64,000 bases of DNA from Squalus acanthias (Eukaryota). Shown one piece after another: positions 24,630-34,730 of this stretch (positions are counted from its first letter, which is position 1; every line of letters begins with the position of its first letter). Location of the stretch: assembly GCA_030390025.1 (NCBI GenBank), contig JASTWF010000033.1:5086001-5150000 (forward strand). Direction: 5' to 3'. Below the pieces are notes generated by a model that did no database searches, had not been told where the DNA came from, and worked only from the letters and a program-made list of their open reading frames with translations. A program made the position numbers and the translations under genes.

Positions 24630-25582
24630 GTTAGTTTAAAGCCCTCTCTACAGCCCTAGTTATATGATCCGCCAGGACTCTAGTCCCAGCACTGGCCAAG
24701 TGAAGCCCGTCCCAACGGAACAGCTCCCTCCTGCCCCAGTACTGGTGCTAGTGTCCCAGGAAGCAAAACCCATTTCTCCCACACCAGTCTTTGAGCCACT
24801 CGTTTAACTCTCTAATTTTATTTGTCCCAGCCCAATTCGCTCGTGGCTCAGGCAGTAATCCAGAGATTATTACCCTTGAGGTTCTGTTTCTAATTTGACC
24901 CCTAGCTGCTCATACTCCTTTAACAGAACCGGCTTCCTTGTCCTATCTACGTCATTTGTACCAACATGGACCACGACAACTGGATCCACCCCCTCCCACT
25001 GCAAGTTTATTTCCAGCCCAGAGGAGATGTCCTGAACTCTGGCACCGGGCAGGCAAGACAACCTACGGGACTCTCGCTCTCGGCTGCAGAGAACTCTATC
25101 TATCCCCCTAATAATACTATCCCCTACCACTACAACATTTCTATTTACTCCCCCTCTTGAATGGCCCCCCTTTTCACGGTGCTGTGGCCAGGTTGCTCAT
25201 CCTCCCTGCAGTCCCTGCTCCTGTCCCCACAGGGAGTAAGAACCTCGAACCAGCTGGACAAGAGCAAGGGCTGCGGCTCCTCCAACAGTACCCCCTGGAT
25301 CCCTGTACCCGCCTCACTCATAGTCACACCGTCCTGTCCCTGACCATGGGCTACATCTGAATTAATTAACTTCATAGGTGTGACCACCTCCTGAAACACA
25401 GAGTCCAGGTACTTCTCCCACTCCCTGATGTGTCGCAGTGTATGAAGCTCAGACTCCAGCTCATCAACACAGAGCTGGAGTTCCTGTAGCAGCAGCCACT
25501 TTTCACAGATGTAATCACCGTGAGCCTCAATGGGGTCCACCGGCTCCCACATCTCGCAACAGTAACACATCACCTGCTCCAT
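24630..25582 (-). pseudogene. CR1 ORF1 (Cys-rich N-terminus, leucine zipper, SGNH/GDSL esterase)
   Basis: CYCCEMWE..YICEK, LQELQLCVDELESELHTL; VGDSIIRG, CLPGARVQD and VVHVGTND esterase blocks; frameshifted near 25140. Confidence 0.88.
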
Positions 25583-26842
25583 TCTATGTAATTAATTACC
25601 TTTTTTATTGTTAGTTATGGACACTCTCTACCCGATTATAGATGCCAGTATCCCCTTTAATTAATTGGATTTAAATTCAATCAAACACTCTAAATTACAC
25701 CAGTTAAATGGTTTACCAACAGTCACTCTGCACCAGAAAGGCCTTATTAACTACAACCTTCAGAGTTAAAGTTTGAAAAGAGCACCCTACACCCGAACTC
25801 ACACTTACCCAAACTCACAGCACTCTCTGCTGGCTCGCACTAGCTCTGGTCTTTTTATACTGTTTGTTTGTTTACATCCAAATGAGGCACCCGTGCTGAT
25901 AGGTTAGAAAACTGGTTTCCACTGCCTGCTGTGCCAATTTACTCCTACTTCAGTGTAACCTTGTTTTACTCTTCTTCTTCTTTTATTCAAATACAATAAT
26001 ACCTGTACAGCTCATCAATTACATAGTAAATCCATTACATAGTAAATCCATTAGATTCATCCATCACAGTAAAAAAATAAAGCCTTATAATTAATAGAAA
26101 TGCAATGATTACTTTTACAAATAATCAATAATGTTTACAGTACAAATACCCTTAAACAATTCCACACAACTTTTTAGATTTAAAATAATAAATCTCAAAG
26201 TTAACTACACATAAAACAAACCATTTCAACACCAGTGTACTGTTTTACTCTTCTTAAACCAACAGAATCCCAAATATATTACTTTTCCCCTTCACTTTAA
26301 CTGCTTAAGTACTCTTATCAAGAATGATTTAAAGAGAACTGACAATTAAGGAACTCTCACACTTGCCCAAATTCACAGCACTCTCTGCTGACTCGCACTC
26401 AGTATTTTGCTATCTTATATTCTATGCTTCGGCTAATGAAGGCAAGTATCCCAGATGCCTTTTTAAACACCTGGGGGTAAAAATTCAGTTGGTTGCGCCT
26501 CCCGTTAGCGCCTTAAATGGGCGCTAATGGGGCGTTAAGGCGCTAACGCCCGGGCGCAGCGCTGTTTGCGCCGCTCGAGAACTTAACTTGAGATTGTGCG
26601 GCAGCGCTAAAACTTACCGCTGCGACCACCTGCGCGCGCAGATTGTGACGTCAGACCGTGGTGCAACGCCCTTGGGGCGCCCCGGAGCGGAAATTGAGTG
26701 GCGCCCCCTGCCTTACCGCCTGGCGCTTCCAACGACCGGAAGACTGGAACGTTATCAATCGGTCTGGGGCTGGGGGGGGCGCTATTTAAAGGGGGCCTCT
26801 TCCTGTCTTTTTCTGTGGTCGACATTTATGCACCACTCGTTC

Positions 26843-26881
26843 TGAGAGAGAGAGAGAGATTCGGAGAGAGAGAGAGAGAGA
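26843..26881. repeat. interrupted (GA)n microsatellite upstream of the transposase
   Basis: gagagagagagagagattcggagagagagagagagaga. Confidence 0.9.
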
Positions 26882-26985
26882 CTTCTACATTGACTCAACG
26901 CTTTGTGAGGTAGTTTTGCCTAGTTCATCCTAACTTTGCTGCTACTTTCGTTGCTGTACCTCATTACTTTTCTGGCAAAGAGAAG

Positions 26986-28146
26986 ATGGGGGCTGCAATG
27001 ATTGGGGGCGTCGTCCTGCTCCAGCTCAATCGGAGCAGAGTGAGACGCAGACAGAGAGTGGCAATGATGGCCAGACGGAGGAGGCCCATCAGGCGCATGT
27101 ACAGGAGAGCTTACCCTCCCAGGGTATATCGTAAACAGCTCTCCTACATCCACATGTCCGAGGAGCTGTGTTTGTGAAGGCTGCGATTCAGCAAGGAGGT
27201 GGTCACTGAGCTCTGCCACCTGCTGCAGCCAGATCTGCAGCCTCAGCTGAGGTCCAGGACGTCTCTGTCGGTGGCAGTGAAGGTCACAGTGGCCTTGAAC
27301 TTCTACGCCACTGGCTCATTCCAAGCTGCTGTTGGGGACCTCGCCAATATCTCCCAGTTTGCGGTGCATCGCTGCATCCGGCAGGTCACCAATGCCCTCT
27401 TCACAAGGAGACGAGACTTCATCTCCTTCCCTATGACCCCAGAAAAGCAGCATGACCGTGCTATGGGCTTTGCGAGGGTAGCGGGCTTCCCCATGGTGCA
27501 GGGCGCCATTGACTGCACGCATGTGGCTTTGCGTGCTCCGCGAGAGAATGCAGAGGAGTTCCGGAACAGAAAGGGGTTCCATTCCTTGAATGTGCAGTTG
27601 GTCTGTGACCACAGACAGGTGATTCTCGCTGTCAATGCCCACTATCCGGGCAGCTGCCACGATGCTTTCATCCTGCGCCAGAGTACTGTGGCAGAAATTT
27701 TCGAGGCACCGCATCAGCCAGTCGGTTGGCTTCTGGGGGACAAGGGGTACGCATTGAGCACCTGGCTGATGACACCGCTCCGTGCGCCAAACACGCCTGC
27801 TGAGCTGCGGAACCAGGAAAGCCAACAAGCAACGAGGAACATTATTGAGCGCACAATCGGCGTGCTCAAACAACGATTCCGCTGTCTGGACCATTCCGGA
27901 GGAGCCCTGCAGTACTCGCCTGAGCAAGTTTCCAAATTCGTAGTGGTGTGCTGCATGTTGCACAACATGGCAATCCTCAGGACGCAGCCAATGCCACCAG
28001 GCCTTGCAGCACCACAAGAGGAGGAGGAGGAAGAGGAGGAACAGGCCGAGGACGATCATCAGCAGCAGCACCAAGGCAGGAGGGCGGCCCACAATGGTCA
28101 AACTGCAAGGGCCGTCCGTCAACGACTAATAGCAAGCCGCTTCTAG
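26986..28146 (+). pseudogene. Harbinger (HARBI1-like) DDE transposase, 386 codons with one internal TGA
   Basis: ORFs 26986-27177 and 27199-28146 are in the same frame (..EELCL*RLRFSKEVVTELC..); catalytic motifs GAIDCTH, LLGDKGY and RNIIERTIG are present. Confidence 0.92.
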
Positions 28147-28440
28147 GGCCCCTGCCAGTGCTACAAACACGAATCAACCCAGCACGCAACCCCTAAGCCG
28201 GCCAAGGCACCAATAATTCCAACCACCAGCCATGTATATTTTGAATACAGAAACTTATTTATTGTACAAACTCTGTGTGTGTCAATTCCTCATGACAAAC
28301 TCATAGAAATAAACACAAAAAAACAGTCAATAATATAACTGGTTCTCACAACCTGGAGATAATGTCCAAAACACTAAACAAAAGTTGGGCCATGAACCTC
28401 GGCCTTTAATAAAAAAATGACCAGCATTTTGGCACACCTC

Positions 28441-29421
28441 CTACTTTTTGCCCTTCGAGGGTGATCTCCTTCCCTTGCGCACTTCCCCCCTTCTAACCCT
28501 ACTGCTCCTCCGTAATGGGACCTCAGTGGCTGCAGCAAGGCTGGTGGAAGGCTGCTGCTTGTCAGACCCTGACACTGCAGATGCCCCTGAAGGCCGGCCT
28601 CGACCACTTCTGGGCCTGGAGGGCCCGGCTGCAGACTGCACCAACTCTGCATGGGCGGCAGCAGTCTGTCCTACAGGCGGTGGCAAGTGCAGTGGAGAAG
28701 TGACAGTGTTGGCAGCAGGAATGCTGTCATCGTGAGAGAGGACAGCAACTCCCTGCTCGCCCGACACACTGGCACTCCCACGGGGCAGCACTTCAGCATC
28801 CGGAGCAATTTGCCTGAGAACAGATTGCTGGCCTGCTGCGGCGCGGTGACAGCCCCGGGGACATGTGCACGAACCATCGAGGATGGCAGCAGTCAGTGCT
28901 CGCGTGGCCTCAATCTGAGTCTGCATGAGAGCAGGCTCAGATGGGTTCCTGGCAGCCAGTGACTGAATTGCAGCAGTAAGCTTTAGTGTGGCATCCGCCT
29001 GTGCTACAGCGAAGTGCTCCACACTCCTTGCCAGTGCCTCAATGCATTCGGGCACCCTTCCCACTGCACCCATGAGCTCAGTGTGCATGACCACCGCCTG
29101 GCTGTTCATTTCTGCAATCATCCGCTCCTCCTCTGCGTCCATTGCATTAGGAATGTCTGGCATACTCTCCCTCTGGGGAGAAGGCTCCCGTTCTTCCCTC
29201 CCCCCCCCCATGGCGTTGGTGCAGCCCGCTGGGTCCTGGAACTTCACCATCATCAGCCCCTTCCACCCTGCTCCCCTCCGGGGAAGGCGTGTTCCCAGTG
29301 TGGCCATGGGCTTCCTCGGGAGAGGGTGGCACTGATGCTCCGGCTTCCTCTTCCTCCTCAGCTGCAGCATCACTCCCAGTGGCAGCTTCAGGGACCATCT
29401 CCTCAGCTGGTGAATCACCAT
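28441..29421 (-). pseudogene. Harbinger Myb/SANT-like gene exon 3 (one-base frameshift, probably in the C10 run 29200-29209)
   Basis: Acceptor TGCTTTCAG|AT at 29422/29421 (phase 1) enters the frame of ORF 29147-29398; deleting one base in the homopolymer joins it to the open frame ending at 28441. Confidence 0.7.
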
Positions 29422-29580
29422 CTGAAAGCAGGGAGGTACAAGAGTGGCTTTAGCGTGAGGACAGGGTGGCAGTAAGGGAGGAATAAGTGCAGCGAGTTAG
29501 CAAGTTGGATTGAAAGTGTCAAAGGCTGGTATTGTGAGGGACAAGTGGAAGGACAGAGGACAAAAAGGTGATGACCTTAC

Positions 29581-29743
29581 CATTGCTGTCCACAACGGGG
29601 TCGGCGTCTCCAGTGGCGACGGGACCGATCACCCGGCTTGCCACAATCCTGTGGACGCGCTCCTCCAGATCGCTGAGGGGTTGCAGCTGAAGCCGCCCTC
29701 CACCCGTCCGTTGCTGCTGTCTCCGATTATGAGCCAGCTTAGC
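29581..29743 (-). CDS. Harbinger Myb/SANT-like gene exon 2
   Basis: Acceptor TTTTTCTTGCAG|GCT, donor G|GTAAG; encodes AKLAHNRRQQQRTGGG..LSDLEERV, containing the TGGG motif typical of these proteins. Confidence 0.8.
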
Positions 29744-29770
29744 CTGCAAGAAAAAGGACAGCATCTGAGT

Positions 29771-29933
29771 CAATATACAGCCATGGTCTTGCCTGATGTG
29801 CCTCCCATAGGTGAATAGCCCTTACAATATGCAGCCATGGTCTTGCCTGATGTGCCTCCCATAGGTGAATAGCCCTTACAATATGCAGCCATGGTCTTGC
29901 CTGATGTGCCTCCCATAGGTGAATAGCCCTTAC
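29771..29933. repeat. 54-bp tandem repeat x3 in Myb gene intron 1
   Basis: cagccatggtcttgcctgatgtgcctcccataggtgaatagcccttac starts at 29778, 29832 and 29886. Confidence 0.95.
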
Positions 29934-30081
29934 TCTATGCAAAGTGTGGAATGTGTGTGTGTGTTTGATGAAAGGGCCATAGGTGTTGGATGAGTGTTGT
30001 GCATTGGGGTTTTAAGACCCTCTGGCCATAGAGTGAGGTTGAGATGGAGGGATGGAGAGGTATTGAGAAAAAGCCACTCAC

Positions 30082-30318
30082 CCTGACGACCCGAGTGAGG
30101 TCGTTGAACTTTTTGCGGCACTGGACATGGGTCCTGGGCACCATGCTCCTGGAGGAGATGCTCTGAGCCACCTCCCTCCACACTCTTCTGAACTCGCGTG
30201 GCAAAGGCCTCCTGCCACTCTCTGGGAACAGCATGCATCGTCTGCGCTCCACTGCGTCAACCAGAGCATCCAAGGCCCGCTCGGTGAAGCGATGAGCGCG
30301 TTCTCTCACCCTCTCCAT
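30082..30318 (-). CDS. Harbinger Myb/SANT-like DNA-binding protein exon 1
   Basis: MERVRERAHRFTERALDALVDAV..WREVAQSIS..RTHVQCRKKFNDL (trihelix/SANT); donor AGG|GTGAGT at 30082/30081 (phase 0). Confidence 0.85.
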
Positions 30319-30676
30319 TCTTGGCAGCAAAATGGATTACAGGTCTCTCCAGGCTGAGATTCAAGGCTGCAATGAGCAGGGTGTGGCTGGGGAGCAAGTG
30401 GCCCCCCCCGCTTTAAGAAGTGTCCGGCGCCAGTGTGTCTGTGTTACCGCGCTAACTGGCAGCAGCTGCGCTGCGCTCGTGCGCTGAGTTAGCGCCTCAC
30501 TCCTAGGCCTTTGCGCCTTAAGAGAGGTGTGCAGCGCCTAATTTAGCGCTCCACTCACCTCCCGGGGCGGTAAAAGTGAAGTTTCCTGTCAGTGCCGATA
30601 ATTAGCGCCAGGCGCTAATATTTGCGCGCGGACGATATTTGCGCCTCAAATGGGGCGCGACCTAATTTCTACCCCC

Positions 30677-32215
30677 TTATCTACCTGTCCTGCTGCCTTC
30701 ATGGATCTATGTACATGGATACCAAGGTCCCTCTGATCCTCTGTCCTTCCTAGGATCATACCATTCGTTGTTTATTCCCTTGCCTTGTTTGTCCTCCCAA
30801 AATGCATCACCTCACACTTTTCAGGGTTAAATTCAATTTGCCACTGTTCTGCCCATCTGACCATTCCGTCTATATCGTCCTTTACCCTGAGGCTTCCCTC
30901 CTCGCTATTTACCACTACACCAATTTTCGTGTCATCTTCGAACTTACTGATCATACCTCCTACATTCATATCCAAATCATTAATGTACACGACAAACAGC
31001 AAGGGACCCAGCACCGATCCCTGCGGTACAGCACTGGGTTCAGGCTTCCAGTCACAGAAACAACCTTTCACCATCACCCTCTGCCTCCTGCCACTAAGCC
31101 AATTTTGGATCCAATGTGCCAAGTTGCCCTGGATCCCATGGGCTTTTACCTTCTTGATCAGTCTCCCATGCGGGACTTTCTCAAAAGCCTTACTGAAGTC
31201 CATGTAGACTACACCAACTGCACTACCCTCATCCACACACCTAGTCACCCGCTCGAAAAATTCAATCAAATTGGTCAGACATGATCTCCCCCTGACAAAG
31301 CCAAGCTGACTATCCCTGATTAATCCCTGCCTGTCCAAGTGGAGACTAATTCTGTCCCTCAGAATTTTTTCCAATAATTTACCTACCACGGATGTTAGGC
31401 TCACTGGCCTGTAATCATCTGGTTTATCCCTACTACCCTTCTTAAACAATGGTAATACGTTAGCTGTTCTCCAGTCCTCTGGCACCTCCCCTGTTGCACG
31501 AGAGGTTCTAAAAATTTGGGTCAGAGCCCCTGCAATCTCCTCCCTAGCCTCACACAGCAGCCTGGGATATATCCCGTCAGGGCCTGGGGATTTATCCACT
31601 TTTAAGCCCGCTAAAACCGCTAGTACCTCCTCCCTCTCAATAATAATTTGTTCAAATATATCACAATCCCGCTGCCTGATTTCTATGCCTACGTCACCCT
31701 CTCCATATTGAACACAGATGCAAAATATTCATTTAAAACCTCACTTATATCTTACGGAGCTGCACACAGATTGCCACTTTGGTCCCTAATGGGCCCTACT
31801 CTTGCCCTGGTTATCCTCTTGCCCTTAATATACATTAAAAACACCTTGGGATTTTCCTTTATTTTGCCTGCCAATGTTTTTTCATGCCCCCTATCGCTGT
31901 CCTAATTTCTGTTTTAAGTACCCCCCCTGCACTTTCTATACTCCTCTAGGGCTTCCACTGTTTTTAGTCCTTTGTATCTGCCAAAATATTCCCTTTTTTA
32001 ACGAATCAATTGTTGTATATCCCTTGACATCCTTGGGTCCCAGGGCTTGTTGGTCTCACCCTTGACCTTTACAGGAACATGTTGGCATTGTACTCTCTCT
32101 ATTTCCTTTCTGCAAGACTCCCATTGCTCTGATGTGGATTTTCCTACAAGTAGCTGATCCCAGTCCATTTTGGCCAGATCCTGCCTTACCATTTGAAAAT
32201 CGGCCTTCCCCAATT
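30677..32215 (-). mobile_element. 5'-truncated CR1 LINE hosting the Harbinger (continues at 26402-26472)
   Basis: ORF 30772-31599 encodes RT (KSPGPDG, MDFSKAFEKVPH, PQGSVLGP, KFEDDTK, CEVMHFG); sequence is collinear across the transposon. Confidence 0.92.
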
Positions 32216-32980
32216 TAGAGAGAAGTACACGCGGTAGAAATCAGTAGAAGGTTATGCTGATCGGGTGAGATGAAGAGGGGTGGGAGGAGGCTCCTGTGGA
32301 GCATAAACACTGGCAGAACCTAGCGTGGCCGAATGGCCTGTTTTGTGCAGTAATTTCTAAGCAGTTCTCCGTAACTTCAATACAAATTAATCACATTCAT
32401 CAGTTAATTTAATAATTGTGGATATTGAAGTGTTTTATTTATTGAAACATTGCCCTATATATTACATTATTATCAAGTTATTAATGCTATTATTTACTGC
32501 CCCCGGGACTGATCTCTGTATTATGAAAACCCGATATGCATGTTCTTCAGTTATACGTGTCCCTCCTCGCAGGGAATCACCTCACTGAGCTAAGGCCAGA
32601 GATCGTTGCAGATTATCTGTGTAGAGACTCTGAATCAGCGATAAGAACTGGTTCGTCAAACCTTAATCAGTTCCAGAAGTGGAATACTCAAAAACCACAG
32701 CCCAATATTCAGCCCGTCTAACGGTAACATAATGAAATTCAGCACTTATGACCCACAGATTCTCAGGACTGTGTTGGGGGAAGGGGATTAATCAGCACCA
32801 AAAAAATTAAAGTGTTTACAATAACTATACATAGAGTAAGAATAAGTCATTATGCAGAGGATTTGAATACTGTGAAACTACTGTCCTGCTGTTTACCTGT
32901 CAGTAATTAGTTAACATCTGTTTCTGTTGGTGCAGTTCAATAGGAAACAAAGCATTATCAATACATTTCACCTTATATAT

Positions 32981-33480
32981 GAACATAAGATCATAAGAAA
33001 CAGGAGCAGGAGTAGGCCTTACGGCCCCTCGAGCCAGCTCCGCCATTCAATAAGATCATGGCTGATCATCGACCTCAATAGCCCTTTCCTGCCCTATCTC
33101 CATATCCCTTGATTCCCCGAGAGTCCAAAAATCCATCTATCTCAGTCTTGAAAATACTCAAAGACTCAGCATTTACAGGCCTCTGTGGAAGAGACTTCCA
33201 AAGATTCACAAACCTCTGAGTATAGAATATCCTTCTCATTCAGTCTTACATGGCCTACCCCTTATCCTGATAATATGCCCCCTATTTCTAGACACTCCAG
33301 CCAGGAGAAACAACCTCTCAGCATCGAACCTTGGCAAATCCCTTCAGAATCTTTTATGTTTCAATGAGATCAAATCTCATTCTTCTAAACTGCAGAGAGT
33401 ATAAGCCCATTCTACACAATCTCTCATCATAGGACAGCCCTCTCATCCTAGGAATCAATCTCGTGAACCTTCGCTGCAGC
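32981..33480 (-). mobile_element. CR1 3' fragment
   Basis: Tail gaacataagatcataagaa followed by 3' UTR/C-terminal sequence similar to 11841-12340. Confidence 0.85.
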
Positions 33481-33626
33481 CCCTCATATGCTTATAACCA
33501 AACTTCTTCAATCAACAGCAAAAATCTGCCCCTTAGCCATTGATTACATTGTGAAAACACGAATGCAGCTCCATAAAGGGGATAGATCATTTATCTAAAA
33601 CAATAATTTCAAATTGGAAACGACTT

Positions 33627-33840
33627 GTTCCACTCCGGTTAGTGACCCAGACTCAGTACAGTTCTACAGTGACAGATACTCCCAGTAATACATGGCCTTT
33701 GAGGTCAGATGTTCCACTCCAGTTAGTGACCCACACTCAGTACAGTTCTACAGTGACAGATACTCCCAGTAATACATGGCCACTGGGGTCAGGTGTTCCA
33801 CTCCAGTTAGTGACCCACACTCAGTGGTTCTACAGTGACA
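33627..33840. repeat. 84-bp tandem repeat, ~2.5 copies
   Basis: gttccactcc..ttagtgaccc starts at 33627, 33711 and 33795. Confidence 0.95.
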
Positions 33841-34158
33841 GTCCCTTCCACTAATACCTTCTCTCAGAGAGTTACTTACACTTAGGTCTGATTCAACAGT
33901 ACACACTATTACACTGAAGGCAATAATTTCATAAAACAGCGAGCCCGTGAGTAACAAACAGAATTTTACTTTCAGTTGAGGCAATTGAATAAAACCTCAG
34001 ATAATTCAGGACATTTGACTGAACGAAATGATATCATTGATCAGTTGTCTGTATAACGGTGACCACTAGATCAGAATGTAACATTATCAGTCACAGAGCA
34101 AAACCAGAGACCAGCTGACACACAGATTTACACTACTTCAATGGTTATACTCACTCAC

Positions 34159-34225
34159 CTGGAACACCAATGACGGCAATGATCATGTAGTATATTTTCT
34201 CCAGATGTTGATTTGGCAGATTCAT
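34159..34225 (-). CDS. GPR139-like GPCR exon 1 (MNLPNQHLEKIYYMIIAVIGVP + 1 nt)
   Basis: ATG at 34225 in AAAATGA context; 22 codons + G, then a consensus donor CAG|GTGAGT; phase 1 matches the exon 2 acceptor and completes TM1 (IYYMIIAVIGVP-V-NLLAIVIL). Confidence 0.9.
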
Positions 34226-34289
34226 TTTCTGTGTGAAGCGATGTGTCCCTTCGTGCTGCAGGCAATCTCTCTGAATTAAACTCTGAGGC

Positions 34290-34462
34290 GGGACATTCCC
34301 AGAGCCTTTCATTTATACCCTCCGGGATCTCCACGAGGACATTGAGGTTGCAACATCGCTGAAAATACTACTTTAAAAAAACATTTGAAAAAACAGATGA
34401 CGACAGCCGAGTTAATTCCCTGTTGTGATGGAATATATTTAGTGCTGAGATTGAAATTGAAA
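34290..34462 (-). promoter_or_regulatory. putative GPCR promoter: TATA box with NF-kB-like and ISRE-like motifs
   Basis: TATAAAT on the minus strand at 34317-34311 (~90 nt upstream of the ATG); GGGACATTCC at 34290-34299; GAAATTGAAA at 34453-34462. These are motif matches only. Confidence 0.5.
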
Positions 34463-34730
34463 ACCCCAAAGACCGGAGAATTCTGATCACATGAATTAAC
34501 AAATGGAAATTGCCAGCTGTATTCTCCCAACAATGGGGTTGTTGTTGCAAACACCAGCAGACCCATCTCTAGACCTCATATTGTTTCGGTGATGACCTTC
34601 ACTCTGCTGTGGCCATTCAGTAATTAAATTCCAAATGTTAGATTGTCTGCTGCACTCTGGGATGGGGCTGTCCACCTTAACTGTGGGTATTTAGTTAAAC
34701 AATTAAAGTGGGGAATTTGTGTCGATGGAT

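Larger units (their letters stand above)
21402..26400 (-). mobile_element. near full-length CR1 LINE (5' UTR, ORF1, ORF2, 3' UTR), both ORFs disrupted
   Basis: ORF1 and ORF2 fragments lie in the correct order; tail acataaggacataagaacataagaa at ~21402-21428; AT-rich 5' UTR at 25590-26400. Confidence 0.92.
26473..30676. mobile_element. PIF/Harbinger DNA transposon, autonomous-type structure, 4.2 kb
   Basis: TIRs GGGGGTAAAAATT / AATTTCTACCCCC; convergent transposase and Myb/SANT genes; interrupts a CR1 whose sequence rejoins as cac-ctt-atctacc (imperfect 3-bp TSD CTG/CTT if the termini are G4/C4). Confidence 0.92.
15255..32360 (+). mobile_element. old CR1-like LINE surviving as four collinear pieces (~15255-15438, ~16174-16971, ~17737-18027, ~32218-32360)
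   Basis: The pieces read in order YRPVSITS..SSQQ | SCLSKLSEL..DKVPHSRL..SKFADE | C-terminus | 3' UTR; the 18027/32218 join is collinear with the unsplit copy at ~8480-8640. Confidence 0.75.

Noticed and set aside
26986..28146. Host HARBI1 gene
   Set aside because: It lies between TIRs with a partner Myb gene, interrupts a LINE and has a stop codon, so it is a transposon copy rather than the domesticated gene.
28441..29421. 326-aa ORF as a stand-alone gene
   Set aside because: Its ATG coincides with a splice acceptor, and its first ~70 codons are off-frame relative to the spliced Myb gene; only the distal part is the likely true frame.
22460..30945. FEDD instead of FADD in two separate CR1 RT copies
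   Set aside because: Each is a single-base change in a dead copy; two instances cannot distinguish a functional variant from independent decay.
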